A stretch of 28,480 nucleotides of DNA from contig CAYVLA010000036.1 of the NCBI GenBank assembly GCA_964452145.1, forward strand, positions 1-28,480, in the 5' to 3' direction. Positions within the stretch are counted from its first letter, which is position 1. Every line of letters begins with the position of its first letter. Source of the DNA: Candidatus Hadarchaeota archaeon (lineage in GTDB: Archaea > CAYQAE01 > CAYVLA01). Below are positions 7,585 through 16,661 of this stretch, one piece after another. The position numbers and the translations under genes were made by a program. The notes under the pieces were generated by a model. It was not told where the DNA came from and did no database searches. It saw only the letters and a list, made by a program, of their open reading frames with translations.

Positions 7585-9000
7585 TCAGCTGGCTGCGGTT
7601 TCCCTTCCTCCCACCGTGCCTTGCTGTGGCTGCTCAAGAGCCCGGCCCGGCCACCCTGTTGCCGGTGACCAGGTGGCGGGGTGAAGAACGATGCCCCTTG
7701 ATTTGTGCGAGAAGGGCATGCCGCGTAAGTACTTGGTGAGGTTGTTCAGCAGCTTGCGGTTGAGAACCTCCCTGGCGTCGCTAGGATGAAGAGGAATCGA
7801 TATGACGTCGACATCGGGGGCAGTCCTTCCGGGGACCTGGTCGTATCGAGGGAAGAGGCCAACGGATGCCTCGACCTTCCTTCTTTCGCCCGGGGAGATC
7901 TCGATGATCGAGGTCGCGCGAAGGTACAAGCCCCTCGGGCTTGTCGCATCGCTGGGGTAGAACCCGAGCATGAACGATCTTCTCTGATGCTCGTCTCTCC
8001 AGATCTGCTCTGCGATCTTCAGAGCGGGCAAGTAGTAGATCTCCACTTCTATGTTCTCTCCGGCACTGCCGTCTCTGGATGGGTTGGGCAGTATGCCGCT
8101 GAAGAGCGGGCCCTGAGCCGCATCGGAGTAGTACTTGAACAGGCGAACCTGTTCCTCCATGATATCGGCGACTTCGAAGAGGACCCACAGCTCGTAGATC
8201 CTAGACATGTATTCCCCGCCCTCTTCGGCGAGGTCCCGGAGGATCCGCGTTGACTCCTTCTGGACATCGAGCTTCCCCGTGAACTCTTTGCGCCACTCCA
8301 TCACCCTCTCATAGCCAGGGTTGCGGATCAGGTTCAACTGCACCCTCCTTTGAAACTCGCGCTCCAGTTCTTCCACCCTTCCGGGATCCTCGAGAAGCAT
8401 CTCGGCCTCTTCTTCAACCTTCTTGAAGTAGGGGACCTTGGTTCGCCTCGTGCCCTCTTGGGCGATGGCATCCAGCACCCGCGTCTCGGTGATCCTCTTG
8501 GACCACTTGGAACTCTCCAGCGATTCCTTGTAGATCCTCTTGAAGTAGGAGGTGTTCTTGACGATGTCCAGCAGGCACAGCATGGATAGAAGGTTCTCGG
8601 GCGTGTCCCATTCCTGCCGAGGGTTCACAACGACGAAGTCCTTGCCGAATATCTGGCCCTGGGAGAGATTCCTCTTGAAGGTGCGTGGCCAGTCGATCAT
8701 CCCCCTAATCTCCTTTTCGCAGATCGATCTCTGTCGTGTTGAGAAGAAGCTGGGCTTCTTCTCGATCATGGGCATGATGTCGTTGAGGAGGATGTGTGAG
8801 ATGGATTCAAGCGTGTTAAGCCTGAATGCGTCCTCGAACTTCTTCCTGGATAGATCCAGCTTCGTGTCGCGCCCGACCTCGACCGAGATCCTCTTCAGTT
8901 CCAGGTTCTCGAGGAAGTTCGTGAGGAGCAGGCCGAATACCCTCTTCCGCATGAAGGATTTCATTGATTCCTCCAGGCTTTCCTCAAGGCTTTGCTCCAA
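7585..9000 (-). CDS. McrC/DUF2357-like protein, nuclease motifs apparently degenerate
   Basis: IRGMIDWPRT, WDTPENLL, NPGY and RIYELWVLFEV are McrC/DUF2357-type motifs, but no PD or (D/E)xK motif follows. Likely start TTG 9000 after GGTGA SD (ORF track gives 9063). Confidence 0.7.
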   Translation of the reverse strand: MEQSLEESLEESMKSFMRKRVFGLLLTNFLENLELKRISVEVGRDTKLDLSRKKFEDAFRLNTLESISHILLNDIMPMIEKKPSFFSTRQRSICEKEIRGMIDWPRTFKRNLSQGQIFGKDFVVVNPRQEWDTPENLLSMLCLLDIVKNTSYFKRIYKESLESSKWSKRITETRVLDAIAQEGTRRTKVPYFKKVEEEAEMLLEDPGRVEELEREFQRRVQLNLIRNPGYERVMEWRKEFTGKLDVQKESTRILRDLAEEGGEYMSRIYELWVLFEVADIMEEQVRLFKYYSDAAQGPLFSGILPNPSRDGSAGENIEVEIYYLPALKIAEQIWRDEHQRRSFMLGFYPSDATSPRGLYLRATSIIEISPGERRKVEASVGLFPRYDQVPGRTAPDVDVISIPLHPSDAREVLNRKLLNNLTKYLRGMPFSHKSRGIVLHPATWSPATGWPGRALEQPQQGTVGGRETAAS

Positions 9001-9007
9001 CCAGCCA

Positions 9008-12000
9008 TCACCCGCGCTGGCCAGTTGATGCCCGACCGGCTCGCTGCTGCCTGTCGACGACATATGCGCCCATGAAGAAGACGGCCACCAGCCCTAGCGC
9101 GAGGATGATTCGCGGTCCACCCTTGGTTGCCAGAGCACTGACCATGGTCTCGTTGTCCTCCTCATTGCCGGCGGGGTCCCTGGCTCTGACGATGTAGAAG
9201 TACTCCATGCCGTTCACCAAACCTGTGTCGAGGAAGGTCGTCAGGTTGGTCTGGCCAACGATTGTGGCGTTGGCCGGATCCGGCCTAGTTGCCCTGTAGA
9301 TGACGTAGGTGAGGTTCTTCTCCAATGGCGGGTTCCAGGCCAGCTCTATGGAGCCCCCCGACACGGATTTCGCGGACAGGTCCGTCGGAGATTCCGGAGG
9401 TGTGATGTCCAGGGACATGACAGATGTCCAGTTCTGATTCTGCTCCTCGTTGCCGTTTGGGTCTGTCGCCCTGACGATGTAGTAATAGGTCCTACCGCTC
9501 ACGACGCCATCGTCCTCTAGATACGTCACGTTCCTCTTTGCCAGCAGGGTCAGACGGGCCAGGCTGGGGCTGCCTTCAGATCTGTAGACGCTGTACACCG
9601 ACACATCCGATGGGTTGGGATGGCTCCATGTGAGGCTTAGCGCCCCTGTGGGCATGCTGCGGGCTATGAGATCGATCGGGGGATCCGGGGGAATGGTTTC
9701 CAGCGAGATCGCGGAAACCTGATTGGCATTGCTTTCCTCGCCTCCTAGAGAGTCAACGGACCTGACGATGTAGTAGTATGTCTGGCTGTGGTTGAGTCCC
9801 GAGTCGGTGTAGGTGCTTGATGGGTATCCCACCTCCTCGATCGGGTTGGAGTAATCGAACTGCACCGCTGCCTTGGCACGGTAGATCCTGAAGTGGCTCA
9901 CCGGGGTTGCGGGTATCTTCCATGTCAGTATGATCTCCCCTTTTTCGTTGCTCGATGCCCTGAGCTCGAGCGGGGGTGCCGGGGGGGTTGTGGCTGATAC
10001 GCGGTTCTCGTTCTGGTCCTCGTTGCCGATGGCGTCGATGGACCGCACGACGTAGTAGTAGGTCTGGGCATCCCCCAGATTCGGGTCGACGAAGAAGGTG
10101 GCCTTGGTGCGGTTCAAGTAGTACTGATTGCCGGGTTTGAAGTAGGGCGACTGGGATCTATAGATCAGGTAGTTGGCGGGCGCTTCGCCTTTGGGCGGTT
10201 TCCACTCCAGTCGGATCTTGCCAGTGCCGTAGGCCCAAGCTGTCAAGTTGACGGGTGCCCCCGGGGGTTCGGTATCGAGCGAGGTTGCGGAGATCTCGTT
10301 TTCGTTCTTCTCCTCATTGCCCGTGGAGTCCACCGCCCTCACGACATAGTAGTAGGTCTGTCCGTTCTCGACGAATGTGTCCGTGAAGATCGCCAGCGTG
10401 GATCGTGCGTATGGCTCGGCGAAGTTGAATTTTCTCGACTCCAGTGAACGGTAGAGGTTGTAGTACGATATCGCCTCGCCTTGGGGGGCATTCCAGAGAA
10501 GAGTTATCGAGCCGTTGGGTCTCACCTGGGCTCTCAGCCCGGTTGGCGGGTTGGGCGGGTAGTCGAATGCGATGGCCGAGACCTCGTTGGTGTTCTGCTC
10601 TTCGTTTCCGGCCTCGTCGATCGCCCTGACCACGTAGTAATAGGTCCTGCCGGATTCAAGGCCGGTGTCATAGTGTTGGATCCTCGTGGTCTCGGCGGTT
10701 GGCACCATGTAGTTGTAGACACCCGAACGGGTGGAGCGGTATATCCGGTAGTTCACCACCCTTTCGCCGAACGGGGTTCCCCATCGGAGAAGTATGTCTC
10801 CGTTCATCTGGGCTATGGCGACCAGATCCCTTGGCTTCTCGGGCGGCGTGTTGTCCGATACGGCGCTCACCTCCTGCGACTTGAGGCCCTCGTTTTCGTA
10901 CGCGTCAACAGCTCGGACGTAGTAGTAGTATCTGGTTCCGTCGATCATATAGTGCGTCACTCCGCCTACGGTTCTGGTCGTGTCCTTGAAGGAGGTCAGG
11001 ATGGTCGTTGCCCAAGGGCTGCCGATCTGATCCGAACCCGGGACAAGGCTCCGGTAGATGTTGTACTCCTTGATCCCCTCGGTGCCGCCTGCAGGCGGCT
11101 GCCAGCTTAGATCGATCGCCCCGCCCTTGGAGGCTCGTGCCAGGACGTTCAGCGGGGGTCCTAGGAGTATGGGTGCGAGGATTTCCTCGGTGTTTCTTCC
11201 CTCATTGCCCGCCTTGTCAACCGATCTGATGACGTAGCGGTACTGGATAGCTTTGGGAACGTCGTTGTCCACGAAGACGTTCTTCCTTGTTACCACCAGA
11301 GGCTGTCTGAAATCTTGGATCTGATCGCCTTCGAATTTGTAGATCCTGTACTCGAATACCTCCTCTCCCTTCGGGTCCGACCATGTCAGGATCACCTCTC
11401 CCTTGAGAGTCCTCTGCGCCACAACCTCGCTGGGAGCTGGCGGAGGACTTGCATCTGCTACTCCCTTCACCTCGAAGCGATTGTCGTCCTCGTTGCCGGC
11501 CGAATCGACGGCCCTGACGACGTAGTAGTACGTCGTGCCGTCTCTCAGGCCCTTGTCGATGATGTAGGTCAGGGTTGTCTCTGCGATGGGTCGCGAGAAA
11601 TTCTGTCCGCCCGGAGTTGTTGAGCTGTAGACTCTGTATAGCACCGCCAAATCCGCCTCCCTCGCTCGGAGGGATGTTGTCAGGGGCTCCGGTTTGGTCC
11701 AGTTCACCATCAGGTCGCCCATCGGAAGCTGTTTGACCTGCAAACCCGTGGGCGGGCCGGGCGGCATCCGGTCCTCGGAGACGTTCCAGACCTCCATGGT
11801 GTTCTTCTCCTCGTTGAGAAGGAAATCAGCTGAACGGACCACGTAGTAGTAGCGATTTCCATGGCTGACGTTCTCGTCGATCCACTCGGTCTTATCAAAG
11901 ACCTGGGCGAAAGGCACCCTGAAGCTCTGGGAATTCGGGCTGCCTGACCGGTATATGTTGTACCTGTACGGCGCTTCCCCTGCCGGTGCATCCCAGTCAA

Positions 12001-14011
12001 GCATTACCCTGCCGTCTTCCAGGCGGTAAGTCCTCAGGTTCGCGGGGGGGCCGGGCGGTGAGATGTCCGCGACGGCGCTCGCCGAGGTCCTGGCGTCATC
12101 CTTGTTCTCGTTGCCCGCCGCGTCAACCGCTCTGACGACGTAATAATATGTCTCACCGTCGACGACGTCGCGATGGACCACGTACGTGTCGGTGGTTGAG
12201 ATCATCCTGGATGGATCGGGCTTGAAGCCTTCGTAGGTATTCCAGTAGACATTGTAGTGGTCAACGTCAGCACGCATCTGCCTTGACAGGACCGGGTCTT
12301 CGACGTTTGAGCCGGGAGGCAGCCACCCTATGCCTATCCCATCCTGCCTCGGAAAGGCCACGACCTCGACGACCGGTCCGGGCGGCGTCAGATCACGGGA
12401 GACCACAGCGATCTCATCAGTGTTCGAGTCCTCGTTCCCTGCCGCGTCGACCGACCGCACAACGTAGTAGTATATGATGCCATCCTGCACCGATCTGTCG
12501 GTGAAGGAGGTCTTCGACACACTGGCCAGAGGGTCGGAGAAATTCTGTCCGCGTGATGTCGTGGATCTGTAGACGCGGTATTCGACGGGGATCTCGCCCC
12601 CCGGGTTCAGCCATACCAGCGTGACCATCTTGCCCACCTCGGTATCCTTCGCGTTGAGAGCCCGAGGGGGGCCGGGCGGGGTGCCGTCCACGGATGTCGC
12701 GGCGACTTGAAGGACGTTGCGCTCCTCGTTTCCGGCTCTGTCCGCCGACCGGACGACATAGAAGTAGGTCCTGCCATTCTCCACTCCCTTGTCAAGGTAT
12801 CTGGTCAGCGATGTCGTGGCAATGGGATTCCAGAACTGTTGAGCGCCACTTTCCTCCGAACGGTATATCCTGTAGAGGTAGACCTCCTCGCCTTCAGGCG
12901 CAGTCCAACTCAGATTCAGATAACCCGTCGGGTCGGTCACGATGGCCAGATTCTTGGGCGCACCCGGCGCAATCGTGTCGTGCGGGGTTGCGTTGACGGG
13001 GGCCGTTGGCGCCGCCCTGTTCTCCTCCTCGTCGAAGGCGACCACGACGTAGAAATGAACGTAGTTAGCCGATATGCCTTCGTGGAGGAATGTGGTCTGT
13101 GTGGTGAAGCCGATCAGCCTTGCGTTCGAGGTGGGGAACTGGGGAGTTGTATCATGGTAGATGTTGTACCCCACGACATCGGCTTCCGGATTCGGCTGCC
13201 AAGTGAGGTTGATTGAATTTCCTCCCGCAGGTGCCCTCGCCACTAGGCCTTTCACGCGCGAGGGCGGAGTGGTGTCGTTGAAGGGCACCACGCAGCGCTC
13301 GGCTGTTCGGATCATGGATGGATTCCCAGCCAGATCCACGACCTTGACTCCGTACCAGTAGGCGACGCCGCTGATGAGGTTGCTTTCCGGATCGAACCAT
13401 TGAAGCGTCTTGGGATCCGAGATGTTCGCCACCTGTAGATAGCCGGACATATCTTGATTGAGAGAGCGCACGACGGTGTATCGCCTGAAGTCGCTTCCGG
13501 CGTACTCGGTCCAGTTGACCCTGATCGACCCGTAGGGGGTTGCGTTGGAGTCGCACCATCTTGGTGGTTGGGGAGCCTGGTCATCGATGGTGATGTTGAG
13601 AACATCGGTTGTTCCCTCAACTCCATCCCGATCGATGTCTGACCGCAGTTGGAGGATCGCTGAGTGATGGGTTGCGATGATATCGTTCTCGTCGCTGGTC
13701 GTATACCCCGTTCGGAAGCTGCATCTGTATATCCCCGATCTGGGCGGTGTTTCGATCAGGTCAACCTCGATCTGGATTCCTCCGAGCCTGACGTACAGGA
13801 CAGGATCTGGAGCTTGCGCTGTGCCAAGGGACTGGACATAGATGGTTACTCCCGTGCGGAAGAACAAGTTCTGGGTCGAATATCCCTCGTCCTCGAAAGC
13901 CCTGAGCTGGCGATCCACGGCAGCGCTTGCAGACTGGGCGACGAGGAGGAGACCGAAGATCACGGCGGGAAAGAGATATGATCGGTTCAATCCCATCACC
14001 TCATGATGCAA
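9008..14011 (-). CDS. Large secreted, C-terminally membrane-anchored surface protein with 15 fibronectin type III repeats
   Basis: Signal peptide (LFPAVIFGLLLVAQSASA); 15 repeats of PP..P..L...L.W...Y.IYRS...YYYVVRAVD.AGNE; C-terminal TM IILALGLVAVFFMGAYVV with a short basic tail; many NxS/T sequons. True start may be ATG 13996 or TTG 13990. Confidence 0.92.
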   Translation of the reverse strand: MHHEVMGLNRSYLFPAVIFGLLLVAQSASAAVDRQLRAFEDEGYSTQNLFFRTGVTIYVQSLGTAQAPDPVLYVRLGGIQIEVDLIETPPRSGIYRCSFRTGYTTSDENDIIATHHSAILQLRSDIDRDGVEGTTDVLNITIDDQAPQPPRWCDSNATPYGSIRVNWTEYAGSDFRRYTVVRSLNQDMSGYLQVANISDPKTLQWFDPESNLISGVAYWYGVKVVDLAGNPSMIRTAERCVVPFNDTTPPSRVKGLVARAPAGGNSINLTWQPNPEADVVGYNIYHDTTPQFPTSNARLIGFTTQTTFLHEGISANYVHFYVVVAFDEEENRAAPTAPVNATPHDTIAPGAPKNLAIVTDPTGYLNLSWTAPEGEEVYLYRIYRSEESGAQQFWNPIATTSLTRYLDKGVENGRTYFYVVRSADRAGNEERNVLQVAATSVDGTPPGPPRALNAKDTEVGKMVTLVWLNPGGEIPVEYRVYRSTTSRGQNFSDPLASVSKTSFTDRSVQDGIIYYYVVRSVDAAGNEDSNTDEIAVVSRDLTPPGPVVEVVAFPRQDGIGIGWLPPGSNVEDPVLSRQMRADVDHYNVYWNTYEGFKPDPSRMISTTDTYVVHRDVVDGETYYYVVRAVDAAGNENKDDARTSASAVADISPPGPPANLRTYRLEDGRVMLDWDAPAGEAPYRYNIYRSGSPNSQSFRVPFAQVFDKTEWIDENVSHGNRYYYVVRSADFLLNEEKNTMEVWNVSEDRMPPGPPTGLQVKQLPMGDLMVNWTKPEPLTTSLRAREADLAVLYRVYSSTTPGGQNFSRPIAETTLTYIIDKGLRDGTTYYYVVRAVDSAGNEDDNRFEVKGVADASPPPAPSEVVAQRTLKGEVILTWSDPKGEEVFEYRIYKFEGDQIQDFRQPLVVTRKNVFVDNDVPKAIQYRYVIRSVDKAGNEGRNTEEILAPILLGPPLNVLARASKGGAIDLSWQPPAGGTEGIKEYNIYRSLVPGSDQIGSPWATTILTSFKDTTRTVGGVTHYMIDGTRYYYYVRAVDAYENEGLKSQEVSAVSDNTPPEKPRDLVAIAQMNGDILLRWGTPFGERVVNYRIYRSTRSGVYNYMVPTAETTRIQHYDTGLESGRTYYYVVRAIDEAGNEEQNTNEVSAIAFDYPPNPPTGLRAQVRPNGSITLLWNAPQGEAISYYNLYRSLESRKFNFAEPYARSTLAIFTDTFVENGQTYYYVVRAVDSTGNEEKNENEISATSLDTEPPGAPVNLTAWAYGTGKIRLEWKPPKGEAPANYLIYRSQSPYFKPGNQYYLNRTKATFFVDPNLGDAQTYYYVVRSIDAIGNEDQNENRVSATTPPAPPLELRASSNEKGEIILTWKIPATPVSHFRIYRAKAAVQFDYSNPIEEVGYPSSTYTDSGLNHSQTYYYIVRSVDSLGGEESNANQVSAISLETIPPDPPIDLIARSMPTGALSLTWSHPNPSDVSVYSVYRSEGSPSLARLTLLAKRNVTYLEDDGVVSGRTYYYIVRATDPNGNEEQNQNWTSVMSLDITPPESPTDLSAKSVSGGSIELAWNPPLEKNLTYVIYRATRPDPANATIVGQTNLTTFLDTGLVNGMEYFYIVRARDPAGNEEDNETMVSALATKGGPRIILALGLVAVFFMGAYVVDRQQRAGRASTGQRG

Positions 14012-16481
14012 GCTGGTCGAGGATATCCAAACCCATAGTCATGGCTCTGAGCTCGGTTGCCACCCTGGAGTCCTTTCCCAGCACCTTCTCCACACTGTGC
14101 ACGAGCTCCTCGTCTATCTCCCTGTTCATGCCGTCCAGCTGGGGCAGAACGTTGGATTCGATGGCCCGGTCGAGCACGTCCAGGTACTGCGCGTCTCCAT
14201 CCATAAGCATGGCCATGAGTGCGAACCTCAGCGTGTCGATCATCTGGGCGGTGCCTATGCCTCGGATCTTCCGGATTCCGCTGGTCGGGTTCATGACATC
14301 GTACAGCTTGTCCACCAGGCTGCGGTAGGGTGTGCTGGTGAGCACCCTCTCCACCCTTCCCCTTCCGAGGCTTGCCTTGATGTCCTCGAAGGCAACGCCC
14401 TTTTCGCCGGTGAGTATGACGCGCTCCTCGTCGTGCGGAGGAATGGGCATCCCGATGAAGGCGAAGCGCCGCATGAGAGCATAGGAGATGTTGAAGAGAA
14501 AGTGTCTGTCGTAGGTGTTCAGCGTCCCGATGATGCGGTAGTCGTCGGGTATCCGGATCGTCCTGGTTGTGTTGTCCAGTGTCGGCACGTTCAGCTGGTG
14601 GGACTCGATCGCCGTGAACATGCCACCGAATGCCTTGTCTATGTCGGCCCTGTTGAACTCGTCGATGATCAGCCATTCGCCAGCCAGGGCCGTCTGGGTC
14701 ACGCAACCGTGTTTGATGCTCATCTTCTTGCCATCGTACATCAAACCCCCGATGACATCGTAGGTCGTCCAATCAGAGGTTGCAGTCTCGACCCTGTAAG
14801 GCTTGTCGAAGATGATGGAGGGGATCATCTTGGCAAGCTCGGTCTTGCCAGTACCGGGAGAACCTATGAGGATGACATCCTTGCCCATGAGCAGGTTCGT
14901 TACGGCCTCTCGTATGATCTGTTCATCTATCGCGAGGCGCGCCTTTATGCGGGCCATCCTGTCTGCCAGATCGGTGGGCATCATCAGACCCCCGCCCTCG
15001 CGTCCTTTCGGGGCTTCGGGCTCGGCCTTGGCTTCCTCCTCTTTGCCCTGCGAACTCCAGACGGCCGCCATCCGCTCGGTATACCTCCCGATGAAGGAGT
15101 CGATCGTGCGGCTGATGAAATCGGTGCCTAGAAGCACAAGCCAGGATAAGACCGCAAGGAGAACCGCCACTCCCAAGAATATCTGGGGTCCATAGTCAAA
15201 CTGCTGGCCGATCATCCTGGATCCGAACAGGATTATGAAGGGGCCAAAGACCGCGGCGACGGCCCTTGAGCTGAAGACTGTTGACAGCAGGAGGAAGGCG
15301 CCAAGGCAGATGGTGAACGCAACGAGAAACCACCCGGACTGGTCCTGCATGGGCGAGTATGCCATCTGGCCGGGCTCGGTCAGATACGAACCTACGGCTA
15401 TGGCGGCCAGCGTCAGAACGGCAAGGTGCTTCATCTGAAACCTGCCGGGAGGTGAGTAGGCCCCGGTCACGTGTTTCCTTGACTGAATGCTGATCGCGGC
15501 TGAGATCGCACCGAGGGCAACGATCGCAATCACCAGCTCCGATCCCCTGAAGACTCCGGCCAGCCTGTAGTCACCCAGAGTTCTGTCGAGCATCCAGTAC
15601 AGGCCCAGAAACCACATGGGCACGGTCACGGTCGTCACGATCGCATGGTCGAAGAGGTAATAGCATAGTGATGCAAGAACAATGAAGGCACAGTTGGTGA
15701 CCAGAAACCACTCGACATCGGAGGTGACGGTGTGCAGCAGGGGGGGAATCTCGCCCCAGAGGAAGGCCGATACCGACAGGGAGCCGATGAGAAGTACAAG
15801 GAGGTAGGGCATCCTGACCCTGCTTCTGACAAGACGCAGAAAGGCAAGGTAGTACGCCAGCGCCGCGACAAGAATGACGCCCAGATTCCCGATTGCCGAA
15901 AGGCCGATGCGGTAGATGCCTAGTACGATCAGCGGGGAGAAGACGTTCTTCGGCAGGAATTCCGAGCCGTACCTGGCTATCGCCATGGCCTCGACGATGA
16001 AGCAGACCAGTGAGGCCAAAGCAAGGACCGTGCCCGGCCCCGGCTCGGTGAGGTAGACCATCACCTTCGGGGCCGAGACGAAGGCTCCCAGGGCAACCGA
16101 TGATGCGACCATGACCGCGGCATCCGAAACCTTCATGGAGTAGATCTCTATCCGAAGGCCCGTCAAGCAGGCCGCAGTGAGGGCGACGATGATCACCACA
16201 AGCTGCGCCGAGATGGTGGGATACAGGGCTCCCAGCCAGACCAGATTCAATGGAGCCAGCGTCTTCGCCCCCGCTGCGACATCCGATCTCTGCAGGAAGG
16301 ACAGCTCGGCGATGACAGTCAGCGCGAAGACCAACGGCGCAACGAGGAGCTTGTAGCCCCCAACTGGTGAGACCCTGGCGGCCATGATGCCCACGGCCAG
16401 GGACGACGTTGCCAGAAGGATGACCTCAATCGGCGATAGCCTGAGGCTTCCCAGAGTTATGGTGGATCTGAGTCCTTCCAA
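14001..16481 (-). CDS. Polytopic membrane protein fused to an McrB-family AAA+ GTPase
   Basis: aa 1-~450 hold ~16 hydrophobic segments. The C-terminal domain has Walker A GSPGTGKT, Walker B LIIDEFNRA, the McrB NxxD signature (GTLNTYD) and arginine finger ALMRRF. Confidence 0.88.
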   Translation of the reverse strand: MEGLRSTITLGSLRLSPIEVILLATSSLAVGIMAARVSPVGGYKLLVAPLVFALTVIAELSFLQRSDVAAGAKTLAPLNLVWLGALYPTISAQLVVIIVALTAACLTGLRIEIYSMKVSDAAVMVASSVALGAFVSAPKVMVYLTEPGPGTVLALASLVCFIVEAMAIARYGSEFLPKNVFSPLIVLGIYRIGLSAIGNLGVILVAALAYYLAFLRLVRSRVRMPYLLVLLIGSLSVSAFLWGEIPPLLHTVTSDVEWFLVTNCAFIVLASLCYYLFDHAIVTTVTVPMWFLGLYWMLDRTLGDYRLAGVFRGSELVIAIVALGAISAAISIQSRKHVTGAYSPPGRFQMKHLAVLTLAAIAVGSYLTEPGQMAYSPMQDQSGWFLVAFTICLGAFLLLSTVFSSRAVAAVFGPFIILFGSRMIGQQFDYGPQIFLGVAVLLAVLSWLVLLGTDFISRTIDSFIGRYTERMAAVWSSQGKEEEAKAEPEAPKGREGGGLMMPTDLADRMARIKARLAIDEQIIREAVTNLLMGKDVILIGSPGTGKTELAKMIPSIIFDKPYRVETATSDWTTYDVIGGLMYDGKKMSIKHGCVTQTALAGEWLIIDEFNRADIDKAFGGMFTAIESHQLNVPTLDNTTRTIRIPDDYRIIGTLNTYDRHFLFNISYALMRRFAFIGMPIPPHDEERVILTGEKGVAFEDIKASLGRGRVERVLTSTPYRSLVDKLYDVMNPTSGIRKIRGIGTAQMIDTLRFALMAMLMDGDAQYLDVLDRAIESNVLPQLDGMNREIDEELVHSVEKVLGKDSRVATELRAMTMGLDILDQLAS

Positions 16482-16596
16482 GAAGCTCCCTCTTGGCTCT
16501 TGCTCTCCGTACGAGTAGGGAATCCTTCATGCGGATATGGCAAGATCGATCCCGCAATGACCGCTAGGGAGACCCCAATAAACTCGTCGAGAACGA

Positions 16597-16614
16597 GCAA
16601 TAAAAATGTCTTTG
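16597..16614 (-). promoter_or_regulatory. Putative BRE/TATA promoter of the TM-McrB / FN3 / McrC-like operon
   Basis: Minus strand CAAAGACATTTTTATTGC ~120 nt upstream of the TTG start; resembles CAAAGATATTTAAT at 23536-23549. Confidence 0.45.
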
Positions 16615-16661
16615 TGGAGGTGGAGGGAAGGGGACTGAGCGAATCTGGAGACTCGCCTGGC

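Noticed and set aside
9008..14011. Recurring GTAGTAGTA-like DNA motifs as a repeat array or CRISPR
   Set aside because: They are the codons of the FN3 YYY motif, ~300 nt apart; there are no identical repeats with spacers.
14001..14984. MoxR-type ATPase assignment
   Set aside because: It has NxxD (NTYD) and RRF instead of MoxR NPxE and DRF, no vWA partner is present, and an McrC-like gene is in the operon.
14097..15131. 344-aa plus-strand ORF and other long antisense ORFs (e.g. 19030-19788, 6194-6805)
   Set aside because: Shadow ORFs opposite well-supported genes in GC-rich DNA.
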